From positions 1 through 31,331 of the forward strand of contig JAFGRR010000196.1 of assembly GCA_016935035.1 (NCBI GenBank): DNA of 31,331 nucleotides, written 5' to 3'. Shown in pieces: positions 1-8,972 of the stretch; position 1 is the stretch's first letter, and each line of letters starts with the position of its first letter. The position numbers and the translations under genes were made by a program. The notes under the pieces were generated by a model. The model searched no databases. It was not told where the DNA came from and was given only the letters and a program-made list of their open reading frames with translations. This DNA comes from Phycisphaerae bacterium. GTDB lineage: Bacteria; Planctomycetota; Phycisphaerae; UBA1845; Fen-1342.

Positions 1-341
1 AATGAGTGATAGCTCGCCCGCACCTCGTCGGCGGCTTTCACTACGTCGTAGACCAAAACGTCGAACGCAATGCCCGCTGCGGTCAACCGGTCGATGTCCG
101 CCGCTGTTACGACCAGGTCTAGCGAACGCCCAAGATCAACGGTTCCCGCGACATCCCAGTCGGAGAGCGTGTGCTGCAAGACGCCGCGCGTGATTGCATC
201 GCCCGCCTCCACGCGAATCAGGCTCTTCACCTCATCCGCCGACTCGCCAATCGCCGGCTCCGTGAGAACACCACCGGCTCCCGCGCTCATCACCAGAGAG
301 AATACGCCACCCAAAACAATCGTCAGCCGTACAATCATCAT
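1..341 (-). CDS. Partial secreted M14 carboxypeptidase paralog (signal peptide plus prodomain); runs off the window edge
   Basis: Hand translation from ATG 341 gives MMIVRLTIVLGGVFSLVMSAGAGG...ADEVKSLIRVEAGD...SDWDVAGTVDLGRSLDLVVTAADIDRLTAAGIAFDVLVYDVVKAADEVRASYHS. This aligns without difficulty to the N-terminus of the neighbouring 382-2550 protein (ADEVRSLIRVQ...SDWDVAAVGDSGRSLDLVVTASD...RASYHT). It is absent from the ORF track because there is no stop codon in the window. Confidence 0.9.
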   Translation of the reverse strand, partial: MMIVRLTIVLGGVFSLVMSAGAGGVLTEPAIGESADEVKSLIRVEAGDAITRGVLQHTLSDWDVAGTVDLGRSLDLVVTAADIDRLTAAGIAFDVLVYDVVKAADEVRASYHS

Positions 342-381
342 TTCACCCCATTTGTCGTAGGTGTTTGACCGCAGAAACCGC

Positions 382-2550
382 CTACTGCCCCGCAATAATC
401 GCCACAAACGCGTCAATATCAAACACGTCCGCCGTCCCGTCCTGGTCGCAGTCCGCCTGCATCACGTCGCAGCCCGGGTACGCCACGGCGTAAGTCGCCG
501 GCTCAGTGATCGCCAGGACAAATGCGTCAATGTCGAACACATCCGCGCTGCCGTCGCAGTCGCAATCGCCCAGCGGCCACCCGTCGAGCACTCGCACACG
601 CTGCAATTCGCCGTATCCGCTCGACCCCTGGATCGAGTCCCAGCCGCGCACCTGGTAGTAATAATCACCCGGCGACCTGCCAGTGACATCGTAGGAGGTC
701 CCTGACGTAACGACCGCCAGCGTCGAGATGCTGCCCCACGACGCCACCGGGTAGATGTCGTCAACGTAGAACTGCGACCCGCTCGTGCTAAGGCTGGCCG
801 TGTTGCGAAATCGCACCTGAATCCACTGCCCGGCGTAGGCCGACAGGTCGTACGTCCGCTGCACCCAGCCGCCGCTCGAACCCGTAAACTGCTCGAGTAT
901 GTCGAATGTGCGCCCGTTGGCCGTCACCTCGACAAAGGCCGCATCGTTGCCGCGTGTGATGTCGTACCACGCCCAGAAAGTCAGTTCATCGCCACCCGCC
1001 AACTGCAACGGCGCGGATGTCATGCCCGAGATTCCCGGCCCCAACAGCGAACTACCGATGCTGTGCGTGCCAGAATGCCCCAGGTCTGACCCCACCGACA
1101 TATCGAGAAGAGTCCACGCGCCACCGCCGGCTTCGGCATCGTCCGTAATGACCGACAAGCCTGCATATTCCCGGATGAAGCACATGCTGCTGCTCGCCCC
1201 GGGATTCTGCGGCTGCCACGAGATCGTGAAGTTGCCGTCAAGGTCGGTCGGGGGCACCGTCAGCACCGGCGGCGACACCCACGGCATCAACTGGCTCTGC
1301 ACGTTGGCGGCCTGGTTCAGCGCGTACAACGCCCCTTCCCAGTTTGCGTTCAGCACGCGCTGCAATTGATACTGCGACGGCTGAAATTCCGAGCAAAGCT
1401 CGATTGTGTATGGCAGCACGTTCCTGCCACTCTCGTAGTAGCGATACCCATAGAACCAGTCGTTGAAACCGCCGGTCGTGGCGTAAAGATCATGTGACTG
1501 CTGCGGATTGTACGTCCCGTCGCCGCCGTGCTGCGAGATTGCGTTGGCTATACCGGTGCCGATAGCGGACATCAACACATCGTCTGGCGTCGCGGATGTG
1601 CTATAGCCCCACGGCCACAACACCAGGCGGCTGAAAGTGTGGTATGAGATTGCGATGGAAACGTCCAAGGGCTCCATGAAATCGCGTATGGCCTGCGTCT
1701 CGAGTTCCGAAAAAGGTGCCGCACCGCAATAGGTGTCGAACCCCGGGTTGTGGCTCGTGGCCATTTGCGTGACAGAGCCCCACTCGCCGGTGACAAAGCC
1801 ATCGTATGAACCGCCGTAGTTGCGGTTGATGTCAACGCCGAACTCGCCGTATAGCTGCGGACTGCGGTTCTTGCGCCAGTCGTGTCCCTGGTCGTGGCTA
1901 TACACATAGCCATCGGGATTCACGCAGGGGAGCACCCAGATGCGCTGGCCGTTTACCAGGGCTGTGATCTCGGGATCGCTGCCGTAACCGTTTACCAGAC
2001 GCGTCGCCACGTCGAGCGCTGCTTCGAGGCTGGGCCACTCGCGTGCGTGATGCAACCCCATGAAGACGACGCCCGGCTCGCTCTCGTCCACGCCCGGATT
2101 GTCCGAAATCTCCAGGCACCAGATGTCGCGCCCCTCGTAGGTCTGCCCGATGGAGGTGAGCTGTGTGATCGTCGGCTGGCTCGCGGCCAGGCCGGCGATG
2201 AGCGTTTCGTATTGCGCGAGCGTGTGGTAGCTCGCCCGCACACCATCAGCGGCCCGCACCATGTCATCGACCAGGACGTCGAATGAAATCCCCGATGCGA
2301 TCAGTCGTTCAACATCCGACGCGGTCACCACGAGATCGAGCGAACGGCCGCTATCACCGACCGCCGCCACATCCCAATCCGACACTGCTTGTCGCACTAT
2401 GCCACGTGACAAGTCATCGTCAGCCTGCACGCGGATCAGGCTTCTGACCTCGTCAGCGGTCGCGGCGGCATGTTCCCACACTGGTTCACCGACCGTTGCT
2501 GCTGCCGTAAGAGTTGCACACAACACCAGCAATCCAGCTATTTGTCGCAT
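382..2550 (-). CDS. Secreted zinc carboxypeptidase (M14) with FN3/MAM-like module and C-terminal dockerin-like domain, 722 aa
   Basis: Intact M14 motifs: HHAREW (HxxE), WRKNR, GVDINRNY, SYHTFS (third Zn ligand), TIEL (catalytic Glu). Start reassigned to MRQIAGLLVLCATLTAAA (signal peptide) at 2550. Paired DxDxDG..DVFDIDAFV loops at the C-terminus. Confidence 0.9.
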   Translation of the reverse strand: MRQIAGLLVLCATLTAAATVGEPVWEHAAATADEVRSLIRVQADDDLSRGIVRQAVSDWDVAAVGDSGRSLDLVVTASDVERLIASGISFDVLVDDMVRAADGVRASYHTLAQYETLIAGLAASQPTITQLTSIGQTYEGRDIWCLEISDNPGVDESEPGVVFMGLHHAREWPSLEAALDVATRLVNGYGSDPEITALVNGQRIWVLPCVNPDGYVYSHDQGHDWRKNRSPQLYGEFGVDINRNYGGSYDGFVTGEWGSVTQMATSHNPGFDTYCGAAPFSELETQAIRDFMEPLDVSIAISYHTFSRLVLWPWGYSTSATPDDVLMSAIGTGIANAISQHGGDGTYNPQQSHDLYATTGGFNDWFYGYRYYESGRNVLPYTIELCSEFQPSQYQLQRVLNANWEGALYALNQAANVQSQLMPWVSPPVLTVPPTDLDGNFTISWQPQNPGASSSMCFIREYAGLSVITDDAEAGGGAWTLLDMSVGSDLGHSGTHSIGSSLLGPGISGMTSAPLQLAGGDELTFWAWYDITRGNDAAFVEVTANGRTFDILEQFTGSSGGWVQRTYDLSAYAGQWIQVRFRNTASLSTSGSQFYVDDIYPVASWGSISTLAVVTSGTSYDVTGRSPGDYYYQVRGWDSIQGSSGYGELQRVRVLDGWPLGDCDCDGSADVFDIDAFVLAITEPATYAVAYPGCDVMQADCDQDGTADVFDIDAFVAIIAGQ

Positions 2551-2703
2551 CACTGTGACTGCCCCGGAGCCCCCGATTTCGCACCATGCGGTCCCCTCAC
2601 AATAAGGAGACTCCCGACGACGCCGAATGCACGAACCTCGCGGTGCATGTCGCGTGTTCCATAGCCGCCGGGAAACGCACAACCCACCTACGATCGGCTT
2701 TCG

Positions 2704-2734
2704 CCGTCCCTATCATAGTACGGCGTAGGGACGG
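2704..2734. promoter_or_regulatory. Perfect 9-bp inverted repeat overlapping a minus-strand TATGAT -10-like hexamer upstream of the peptidase
   Basis: CCGTCCCTA (2704-2712) pairs with TAGGGACGG (2726-2734). ATCATA at 2712-2717 reads TATGAT on the minus strand. Confidence 0.35.
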
Positions 2735-2817
2735 ATGACACTCAAAATCCCTGTCACGCGGCGTATTCAAGCACACGGGGCCCCGTTGGCGGCTTGTGCT
2801 CAGCCTCAGGCTCTTTA

Positions 2818-2901
2818 TGAATGCAGAATTAAAAGTGCAGAATGCAGAGACCCGCGAGCACGCCGGCGCATGTCCGGCCGAGGTTTCTGCATTCTGCATT
2901 C
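2818..2901. repeat. Inverted repeat built from GAATGCA heptamers, with a nested GC hairpin
   Basis: Left arm TGCAGAATGCAGAGACC (2836-2852) pairs with right arm GGTTTCTGCATTCTGCA (2882-2898), 16/17. Further degenerate heptamers lie upstream (GAATGCA GAATTAA AAGTGCA). The loop contains GCCGG-N7-CCGGC. Confidence 0.8.
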
Positions 2902-2972
2902 AGACGAATATGCCCCGCGCTTCCGCGTCGGGCGCTGTTTGGGGGCAGCCGCGCGGTTGCGATGGTCGAGGC

Positions 2973-3707
2973 TCACGGGGTCGGCGTGGCGGTCGTGTCC
3001 ATCACCTGGGCACCCTCGGGGACCTCAAACGTGAACTGCTTCGGGTCCATCTCCGGGTTGATCTTCACGTCCTTCGTGATCGATGATGCGATTAGTTTTC
3101 CCTCGCCGTCGAAGGACTCCGACTTGAGCACGATCCCGTTGGCCTTCTGGTAGCAGACGACCTGTCGGCCGACGGGCGGCGCCCCTTCCATCGGCTTCAT
3201 CTTTAACTCGAAGACAAAGCAATCCTCGCCGTCGATCTTCTGGTCATCGAGCAGCTTGATGTCGAAGTAGGCCTTGAAGTTTGCGAAGTAGCCGCTGGGG
3301 CTCTGCGACTTGACAGTATTGGTCTTGCTCTTCATGACCGTCTTCTGGTCACCCTCGACGGTCAGCACGTACATGAACTTGCCGTCATCGACGGTGGTCA
3401 TGGTCGAGGGCGTGGTCGTGGTCTCCCCGGCCATGGTTTTGGTGGTTTCACCCTTGGTCTCGGCCTTCATGAGCACGTTGTCGCCCTTGCGCATCCACTG
3501 TGACGTTGTGACCATTTTGCTTTTCTGCGAGAACGCGGGACCGAACGACGCATCGGTCGTCGATTCCGAGGTGCATGTGTAGGTCTTGACCTTGGCGAAG
3601 TTCTTGTCGAGTTCCTGAATCGCTTTCTCCGCCTTCTCATCGGCCATCACTGTCGCACTCGTACCGAGCAACACGATCGCTGCCATCACCAGGACGCACT
3701 TATACAT
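2973..3707 (-). CDS. Periplasmic LolA-like / outer-membrane lipoprotein carrier-fold protein
   Basis: Sec signal peptide ending TVMA-DE, beta-rich body, and a C-terminal INPEMDPKQFTFEVPEGAQVMD typical of LolA/LppX/DUF2092-like proteins. Confidence 0.6.
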   Translation of the reverse strand: MYKCVLVMAAIVLLGTSATVMADEKAEKAIQELDKNFAKVKTYTCTSESTTDASFGPAFSQKSKMVTTSQWMRKGDNVLMKAETKGETTKTMAGETTTTPSTMTTVDDGKFMYVLTVEGDQKTVMKSKTNTVKSQSPSGYFANFKAYFDIKLLDDQKIDGEDCFVFELKMKPMEGAPPVGRQVVCYQKANGIVLKSESFDGEGKLIASSITKDVKINPEMDPKQFTFEVPEGAQVMDTTATPTP

Positions 3708-3760
3708 GACGTTTCTCCCGTTCTATGTCCAATGTTGGATTTCCAGGCCCGACGCCATGA

Positions 3761-3790
3761 ATAGTACGCAGGGCCCCCCCAATGTCGCAA
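3761..3790 (-). promoter_or_regulatory. Candidate sigma70 promoter for the LolA-like gene
   Basis: Minus strand TTGCGA-N18-TACTAT, about 55 nt upstream of ATG 3707. Confidence 0.35.
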
Positions 3791-3851
3791 GCCGGAAGCA
3801 AGAATCAAAGCCCGCTCGATGCCGCCCAGGCTCTATTGGTGCAGCTGCCTG

Positions 3852-4181
3852 CTACCGCTCGGACTCTGACACGGCTCCGCCGCCCGCCGCCGCGCGGAGC
3901 AGGCGGCGCTCGCGGTGGATCAGGACCAGGTTGCGGATGTAGATCATGACGCCGAGCAGTTGGCCCAGGAAGAACACCGGATCTTGCTTGAGGAAGGCAT
4001 AGAGCCCCAGCATCAGCCCGCCGACCAGGCTCAGGTACCAGAACGCGACTGGCACCGTGCTGCGGCCCTGGCGCTCCGAAACGTACCACTGTACGACGAA
4101 GCGCATCATGAACACAAACTGTGCCGCGAACCCGAACAGGGCCAGCGGGTTAAGCAGGATCTCGCTCAGCTTCTCGATGAT
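3852..4181 (-). CDS. Stand-alone lipid-A-disaccharide synthase N-terminal (LAB_N) membrane protein; start codon probably non-canonical
   Basis: Contains LFGFAAQFVFMMRFVVQWYVSERQGRSTVPVAFWYLSLVGG...DPVFFLGQ..IYIRNL, the LAB_N signature. The conserved region begins upstream of the first GTG/ATG (4115). The frame stays open to an ATC at 4181 preceded by AGGGGA at 7-nt spacing. Confidence 0.8.
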   Translation of the reverse strand: MIEKLSEILLNPLALFGFAAQFVFMMRFVVQWYVSERQGRSTVPVAFWYLSLVGGLMLGLYAFLKQDPVFFLGQLLGVMIYIRNLVLIHRERRLLRAAAGGGAVSESER

Positions 4182-4223
4182 CGGTGTATCCCCTGTCGCG
4201 GCGCCGCCACGCGCGGGCGACAG

Positions 4224-5048
4224 CTACTTGTTGCAGTAGTCGATGATCCGGGCGATCTCGCTGCGCAGATCGCGCCGATGCACGATGCGGTCCACGAAGC
4301 CGTGCTCCAGCATAAACTCGGCCCGCTGAAAACCCTCCGGCAACGTGGCCTTGATCGTGTTGGCGATCACACGCGGACCGGCGAAGCCGATCAGCGCCCC
4401 CGGCTCGGCGATCGTCACGTCCCCGAGGAACGCGAAGCTCGCCGCCACGCCGGCCGTCGTCGGATCGGTCATCACCACGATGTAGAGTCCACCGGCCTCG
4501 TCCAGCTTGGCGATCGCGGCCGAGGTCTTGGCCATCTGCACCAGCGAGACCAGGCCCTCCATCATGCGCGCCCCACCGCTGCACGTGACCATCAGCAGCG
4601 GCAGGTTCTCATTGAGGGCCCGCTCGGCGGCCGATGACACTTTCTCGCCAACGACCGACCCCATCGACCCCATGATGAACGTGGGGTTCATGACGCCCAT
4701 GATCACCGGGCGTCCCTTGATGAAGCCCTTGCCAACGATGATGGCCTCTTTCTCGTTGCTGGACTCCTTGGTCGCCTTCAGCCGCGCCTGGTACGTCATG
4801 CGGTCCTCGAATTCGAGCGGATCGCTCGACTCGAGATCGGCCAGGAATTCCTCGAACGTGTCCGGGTCGCTCAGTTGCGTGATGCGCGTGCGCGCGTCAA
4901 TGCGGTTGTGATATCCGCACTCCGGACACACGTGCAGCTCTTCCTCGAGGATACGCCGATAGACCATCGCCCCGCACTGCGGGCAGCGAATCCACAATCC
5001 CTCCGGAACTTCGACGTTCCGGCGCGTCTGCGACACGGCATCCGCCAT
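4224..5048 (-). CDS. accD: Acetyl-CoA carboxylase carboxyltransferase beta subunit
   Basis: Zn finger LWIRCPQC..VCPECGYH, plus FIMGSMGSVVGEK, SGGARMMEG, DPTTAGVAASFA and GFAGPRVI motifs. Confidence 0.97.
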   Translation of the reverse strand: MADAVSQTRRNVEVPEGLWIRCPQCGAMVYRRILEEELHVCPECGYHNRIDARTRITQLSDPDTFEEFLADLESSDPLEFEDRMTYQARLKATKESSNEKEAIIVGKGFIKGRPVIMGVMNPTFIMGSMGSVVGEKVSSAAERALNENLPLLMVTCSGGARMMEGLVSLVQMAKTSAAIAKLDEAGGLYIVVMTDPTTAGVAASFAFLGDVTIAEPGALIGFAGPRVIANTIKATLPEGFQRAEFMLEHGFVDRIVHRRDLRSEIARIIDYCNK

Positions 5049-5056
5049 GACAACTC

Positions 5057-5653
5057 CTATGCGTTCGCGTCGCGCCGCCCGTTGGCGGCGACGACCGCTT
5101 CAGCGTTGAACTCGATGGCAATCGGCCCGTTGGCCTGCCGGCCTTCCCACACACCCGCCGGCGGCAGCTCGCCCAGCGCGCAACGCGCCAGCGCGAACGA
5201 GAACGGACGCATCACGACTCCCACCGTTTCCTTGGCGTCTTTCTTCAATCGCTTACACAAACCCGCGCGCACGCGCTCGGCGGCCTCGCTCAACTCCTCG
5301 CCGCCGGGCGGGCTGACATTCAGCGGCGACTCCAGCAATTGCCGGTGCGCCTTGGCATAGCGGCGTTTGAACTCCGCCTCGGTCAGCCCGGACCAGAGTC
5401 CGATGTCAACCTCGTGCAGTTCTGTCGCGGATTTCGTCGGAATATCCAGAGCCGCGGCCAATATCTTGGCCGTCATCGTCGCGAGATCGTCGGGCGAGTG
5501 GTAAATCCGCGTCAGGCCCAATGGTCGCAGACTGTCCAGCCACCCCAGTGCCTCCTGCTGACCGGCTTCCGAAAGCGTCAGCGCCGCGCGGCCCAACAGC
5601 CGCCCATCACGCCGCCACTCCGTCGTGCCACAGGGTATCAGGATGACCTTCAT
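5057..5653 (-). CDS. Histidine phosphatase (phosphoglycerate mutase-like) superfamily protein with degenerate active site
   Basis: Fold motifs LI-PCG-TTEW...LLG...LSEAG, IYHSP, LHEVDIGLWSG and PPGGE. RHG is replaced by PCG. The start overlaps the rpe stop (ATGA). Confidence 0.8.
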   Translation of the reverse strand: MKVILIPCGTTEWRRDGRLLGRAALTLSEAGQQEALGWLDSLRPLGLTRIYHSPDDLATMTAKILAAALDIPTKSATELHEVDIGLWSGLTEAEFKRRYAKAHRQLLESPLNVSPPGGEELSEAAERVRAGLCKRLKKDAKETVGVVMRPFSFALARCALGELPPAGVWEGRQANGPIAIEFNAEAVVAANGRRDANA

Positions 5654-6345
5654 ACGCGCTGCTCCAATGCACGCCGCTGGGCGGCATCGGCGGCGACCCG
5701 CCTCAGCTCTTTCAGCGCCGCGCCGGGCTGGGTCGCGCCGAAAACCGCCGACCCGGCCACCAGATTATTAGCTCCCGCGCCGGCAACCAGGGGCGCCGTC
5801 GTGGTGTCTATGCCGCCGTCGACCTGAAGCGTCTGCTCCGCGTTCATCCATCCGGCCAGCGTCCGGATCTTGTCCAGGCACTCCGGCATGAACTTCTGTC
5901 CGCCAAAACCGGGCCATACCGTCATCACCAGGACGAGGTCGACCATCGGCACAATCTGTCGCGCGGCGTCCGCTGGCGTACCGGGATTCAGCGAAACGCC
6001 AACCCCGACACCCAACCCGCGCAACTGCTCTACCATCGCCGGCGCGTCATCCACCGCCTCTATGTGAAACGTGACGGTATCGGCACCGGCTTTCACAAAC
6101 GGCTCGGCGTACTTACCGGGGTCCGTCAGCATCAGATGCACATCAAGGTGCAACGACGTCACCTTGCGAATACTGGCCACAACCGGCACACCAATCGACA
6201 GGTTCGGCACGAAGTGGCCGTCCATGATGTCCAGGTGCAACCAATCGGCACCGGCCTGCTCGACCAGCGCAACCTGCTCGCCCAACCGACTGAAGTCAGC
6301 GGCCAGCACTGATGGCGTAATCCGTATGGCGGCGTTCGTCGCCAT
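5650..6345 (-). CDS. rpe: Ribulose-phosphate 3-epimerase
   Basis: ITPSVLAADF, LHLDIMDGHFVPN, LDVHLM, VTFHIE, MTVWPGFGGQKF, QVDGGI and VAGSAVF motifs. Confidence 0.97.
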   Translation of the reverse strand: MATNAAIRITPSVLAADFSRLGEQVALVEQAGADWLHLDIMDGHFVPNLSIGVPVVASIRKVTSLHLDVHLMLTDPGKYAEPFVKAGADTVTFHIEAVDDAPAMVEQLRGLGVGVGVSLNPGTPADAARQIVPMVDLVLVMTVWPGFGGQKFMPECLDKIRTLAGWMNAEQTLQVDGGIDTTTAPLVAGAGANNLVAGSAVFGATQPGAALKELRRVAADAAQRRALEQRV

Positions 6346-6394
6346 TCAACTCCTTACAGCGCCCGGCCTGCGTGCCGGGCGTTTCCACGACAGC

Positions 6395-6416
6395 CGTCAG
6401 GCACAAAGGCCTGACG
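6395..6416. repeat. REP-like hairpin (CGTCAGG...CCTGACG family)
   Basis: CGTCAGGC-ACAAAG-GCCTGACG forms a perfect 8-bp stem between pgk and rpe. It belongs to the same family as the hairpins at 12953, 20530 and 26533. A second hairpin GCCCGGC-N6-GCCGGGC lies at 6361-6380. Confidence 0.7.
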
Positions 6417-6427
6417 CGACAGAATTC

Positions 6428-7678
6428 CTATACGTCGTCGATGATCTCGATCGGGTCGAATTTCTTACCCTCGAGGAACTTCAGCGATGCACCGCCGCCG
6501 GTGCTTATGTGCGTCATGCGTTTGGCGAGTCCGGCCTGTTCAACCGCGGCCGCGCTGTCGCCACCACCGATCACGGTCACGGCGCCGTTGTCCGACGCCT
6601 GGGCAATCTTTTCGGCCAGCGCGTATGTACCGCGATGGAAGGGCTCGTGCTCAAACGCGCCGACCGGTCCGTTCCAGACGATCGTCTTAGCCTGGATGAT
6701 GAGGTCGGAGTACTGAGCGAGCGTTTTGGGCCCGACGTCGAGGCCCATGAGGTCGTCCGGCAGGTCGCCTTCGATGGTCTGCGTCGCGACGCCGCTGGCC
6801 AGTTCGGTTGCCGCCACCGAGTCCACCGGCAGATGGAGCTTTGCCCCGCCCTCGGCGATCAGCTCGCGTGCCAGGTCGAGCTTGTCCGGCTCGCAGAGGC
6901 TCTTACCGATCTTCTTACCTTGGGCCGCCCAGAAAGTGAAGGTCATCGCACCGCCGATGAGCACGTGATCGACCTTCGTCAGTAAGTTCTTGATGACGTT
7001 GATCTTATCGCTGACTTTGGCTCCACCGAGCACCGCCAAGAACGGCCGCTTGGGTGACTCGAGCGCCTTGCCCAGGTATTCGAGCTCCTTGTCGACGAGG
7101 AAACCGACCGCGCGGTTGCCGGCGCCAAGCAGCACCGGGACATCATACATGCTGACGTGCTTGCGGTGGCAGGTGCCGAAGGCGTCGTTCACGTACACGT
7201 CGCCGAGCGCGGCCAAACCTTCGCCAAAGGCGACACGTACGGCGTCCTGCTCCGGCGTTAGCTTGCCGTCGGGGTTCTTCTTGGCCTTGTCAATCACGGT
7301 CTCGGCCGGGTCGAACCGCAGGTTTTCGAGCAGCAGGACGTCGCCGTCCGTCATATCCGAGACCGCTTTCTCAACATCTGGGCCCATGATTTGGCCGACG
7401 AAATGCACCGGTTGATCAAGCAACTGCGCCATGCGCTTGGCCACTGGGGCCAGGGAGAGCTTGGCATCCACCGCCGGGTCGCCCTTGGGTCGTCCGAGGT
7501 GACTCATCACGATGGCCTTCCCGCCCATCTCAACCACGTATTCGAGAGTGGGCAGAAACATGCGAATGCGGCGGTCGTCGGAGACGGCCTGGTTGTCGTC
7601 GAGCGGGACATTCAGGTCGGCCCGGATGAGCACACGCCGCCCTGCTACATCGAGGTCACGAACGCTTTTCTTGGCCAC
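6428..7678 (-). CDS. pgk: Phosphoglycerate kinase, 416 aa
   Basis: RVLIRADLNVP, MSHLGRP, LLENLRF, YVNDAFGTCHR, LGGAKVSDK, WNGPVG and HISTGGGASL motifs. Start is GTG at 7678 (VAKKSVRDL) behind a GAGGA RBS. Confidence 0.97.
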   Translation of the reverse strand: MAKKSVRDLDVAGRRVLIRADLNVPLDDNQAVSDDRRIRMFLPTLEYVVEMGGKAIVMSHLGRPKGDPAVDAKLSLAPVAKRMAQLLDQPVHFVGQIMGPDVEKAVSDMTDGDVLLLENLRFDPAETVIDKAKKNPDGKLTPEQDAVRVAFGEGLAALGDVYVNDAFGTCHRKHVSMYDVPVLLGAGNRAVGFLVDKELEYLGKALESPKRPFLAVLGGAKVSDKINVIKNLLTKVDHVLIGGAMTFTFWAAQGKKIGKSLCEPDKLDLARELIAEGGAKLHLPVDSVAATELASGVATQTIEGDLPDDLMGLDVGPKTLAQYSDLIIQAKTIVWNGPVGAFEHEPFHRGTYALAEKIAQASDNGAVTVIGGGDSAAAVEQAGLAKRMTHISTGGGASLKFLEGKKFDPIEIIDDV

Positions 7679-7770
7679 GTCAGGAATCCTCGCTGGCTGC
7701 TGCAAGCAAAAGCCCATCCGGAGGGATGGGCCCATGCTTGATAGGTTGTATGTTACGCGATTCGAGCGAC

Positions 7771-8799
<1,029 letters not shown>

Positions 8800-8972
8800 T
8801 CAGCTAACACACAGAGAGATTCAACTTTCGCACCCGTCGGCCGCGCTGCCGACCCGCGAAGCGTCTAGCTTCGGGCACCCTGGCTAGGCTGTCAAGATGC
8901 CCGGCCACGACGCCCGGTGCGGCGAGCGTGGCCGGGCACCTGTCGCGCAATAGGTGCGTGTATGGACGATTT

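Noticed and set aside
4224-4226. Pyrrolysine recoding of the accD TAG
   Set aside because: No pyl genes are in view and AccD is already complete at this stop. Only generic read-through is kept as an alternative hypothesis.
8860-8895. TTGACA upstream of gap as a sigma70 promoter
   Set aside because: The -35 is perfect, but there is no acceptable -10 at 16-18 nt spacing.
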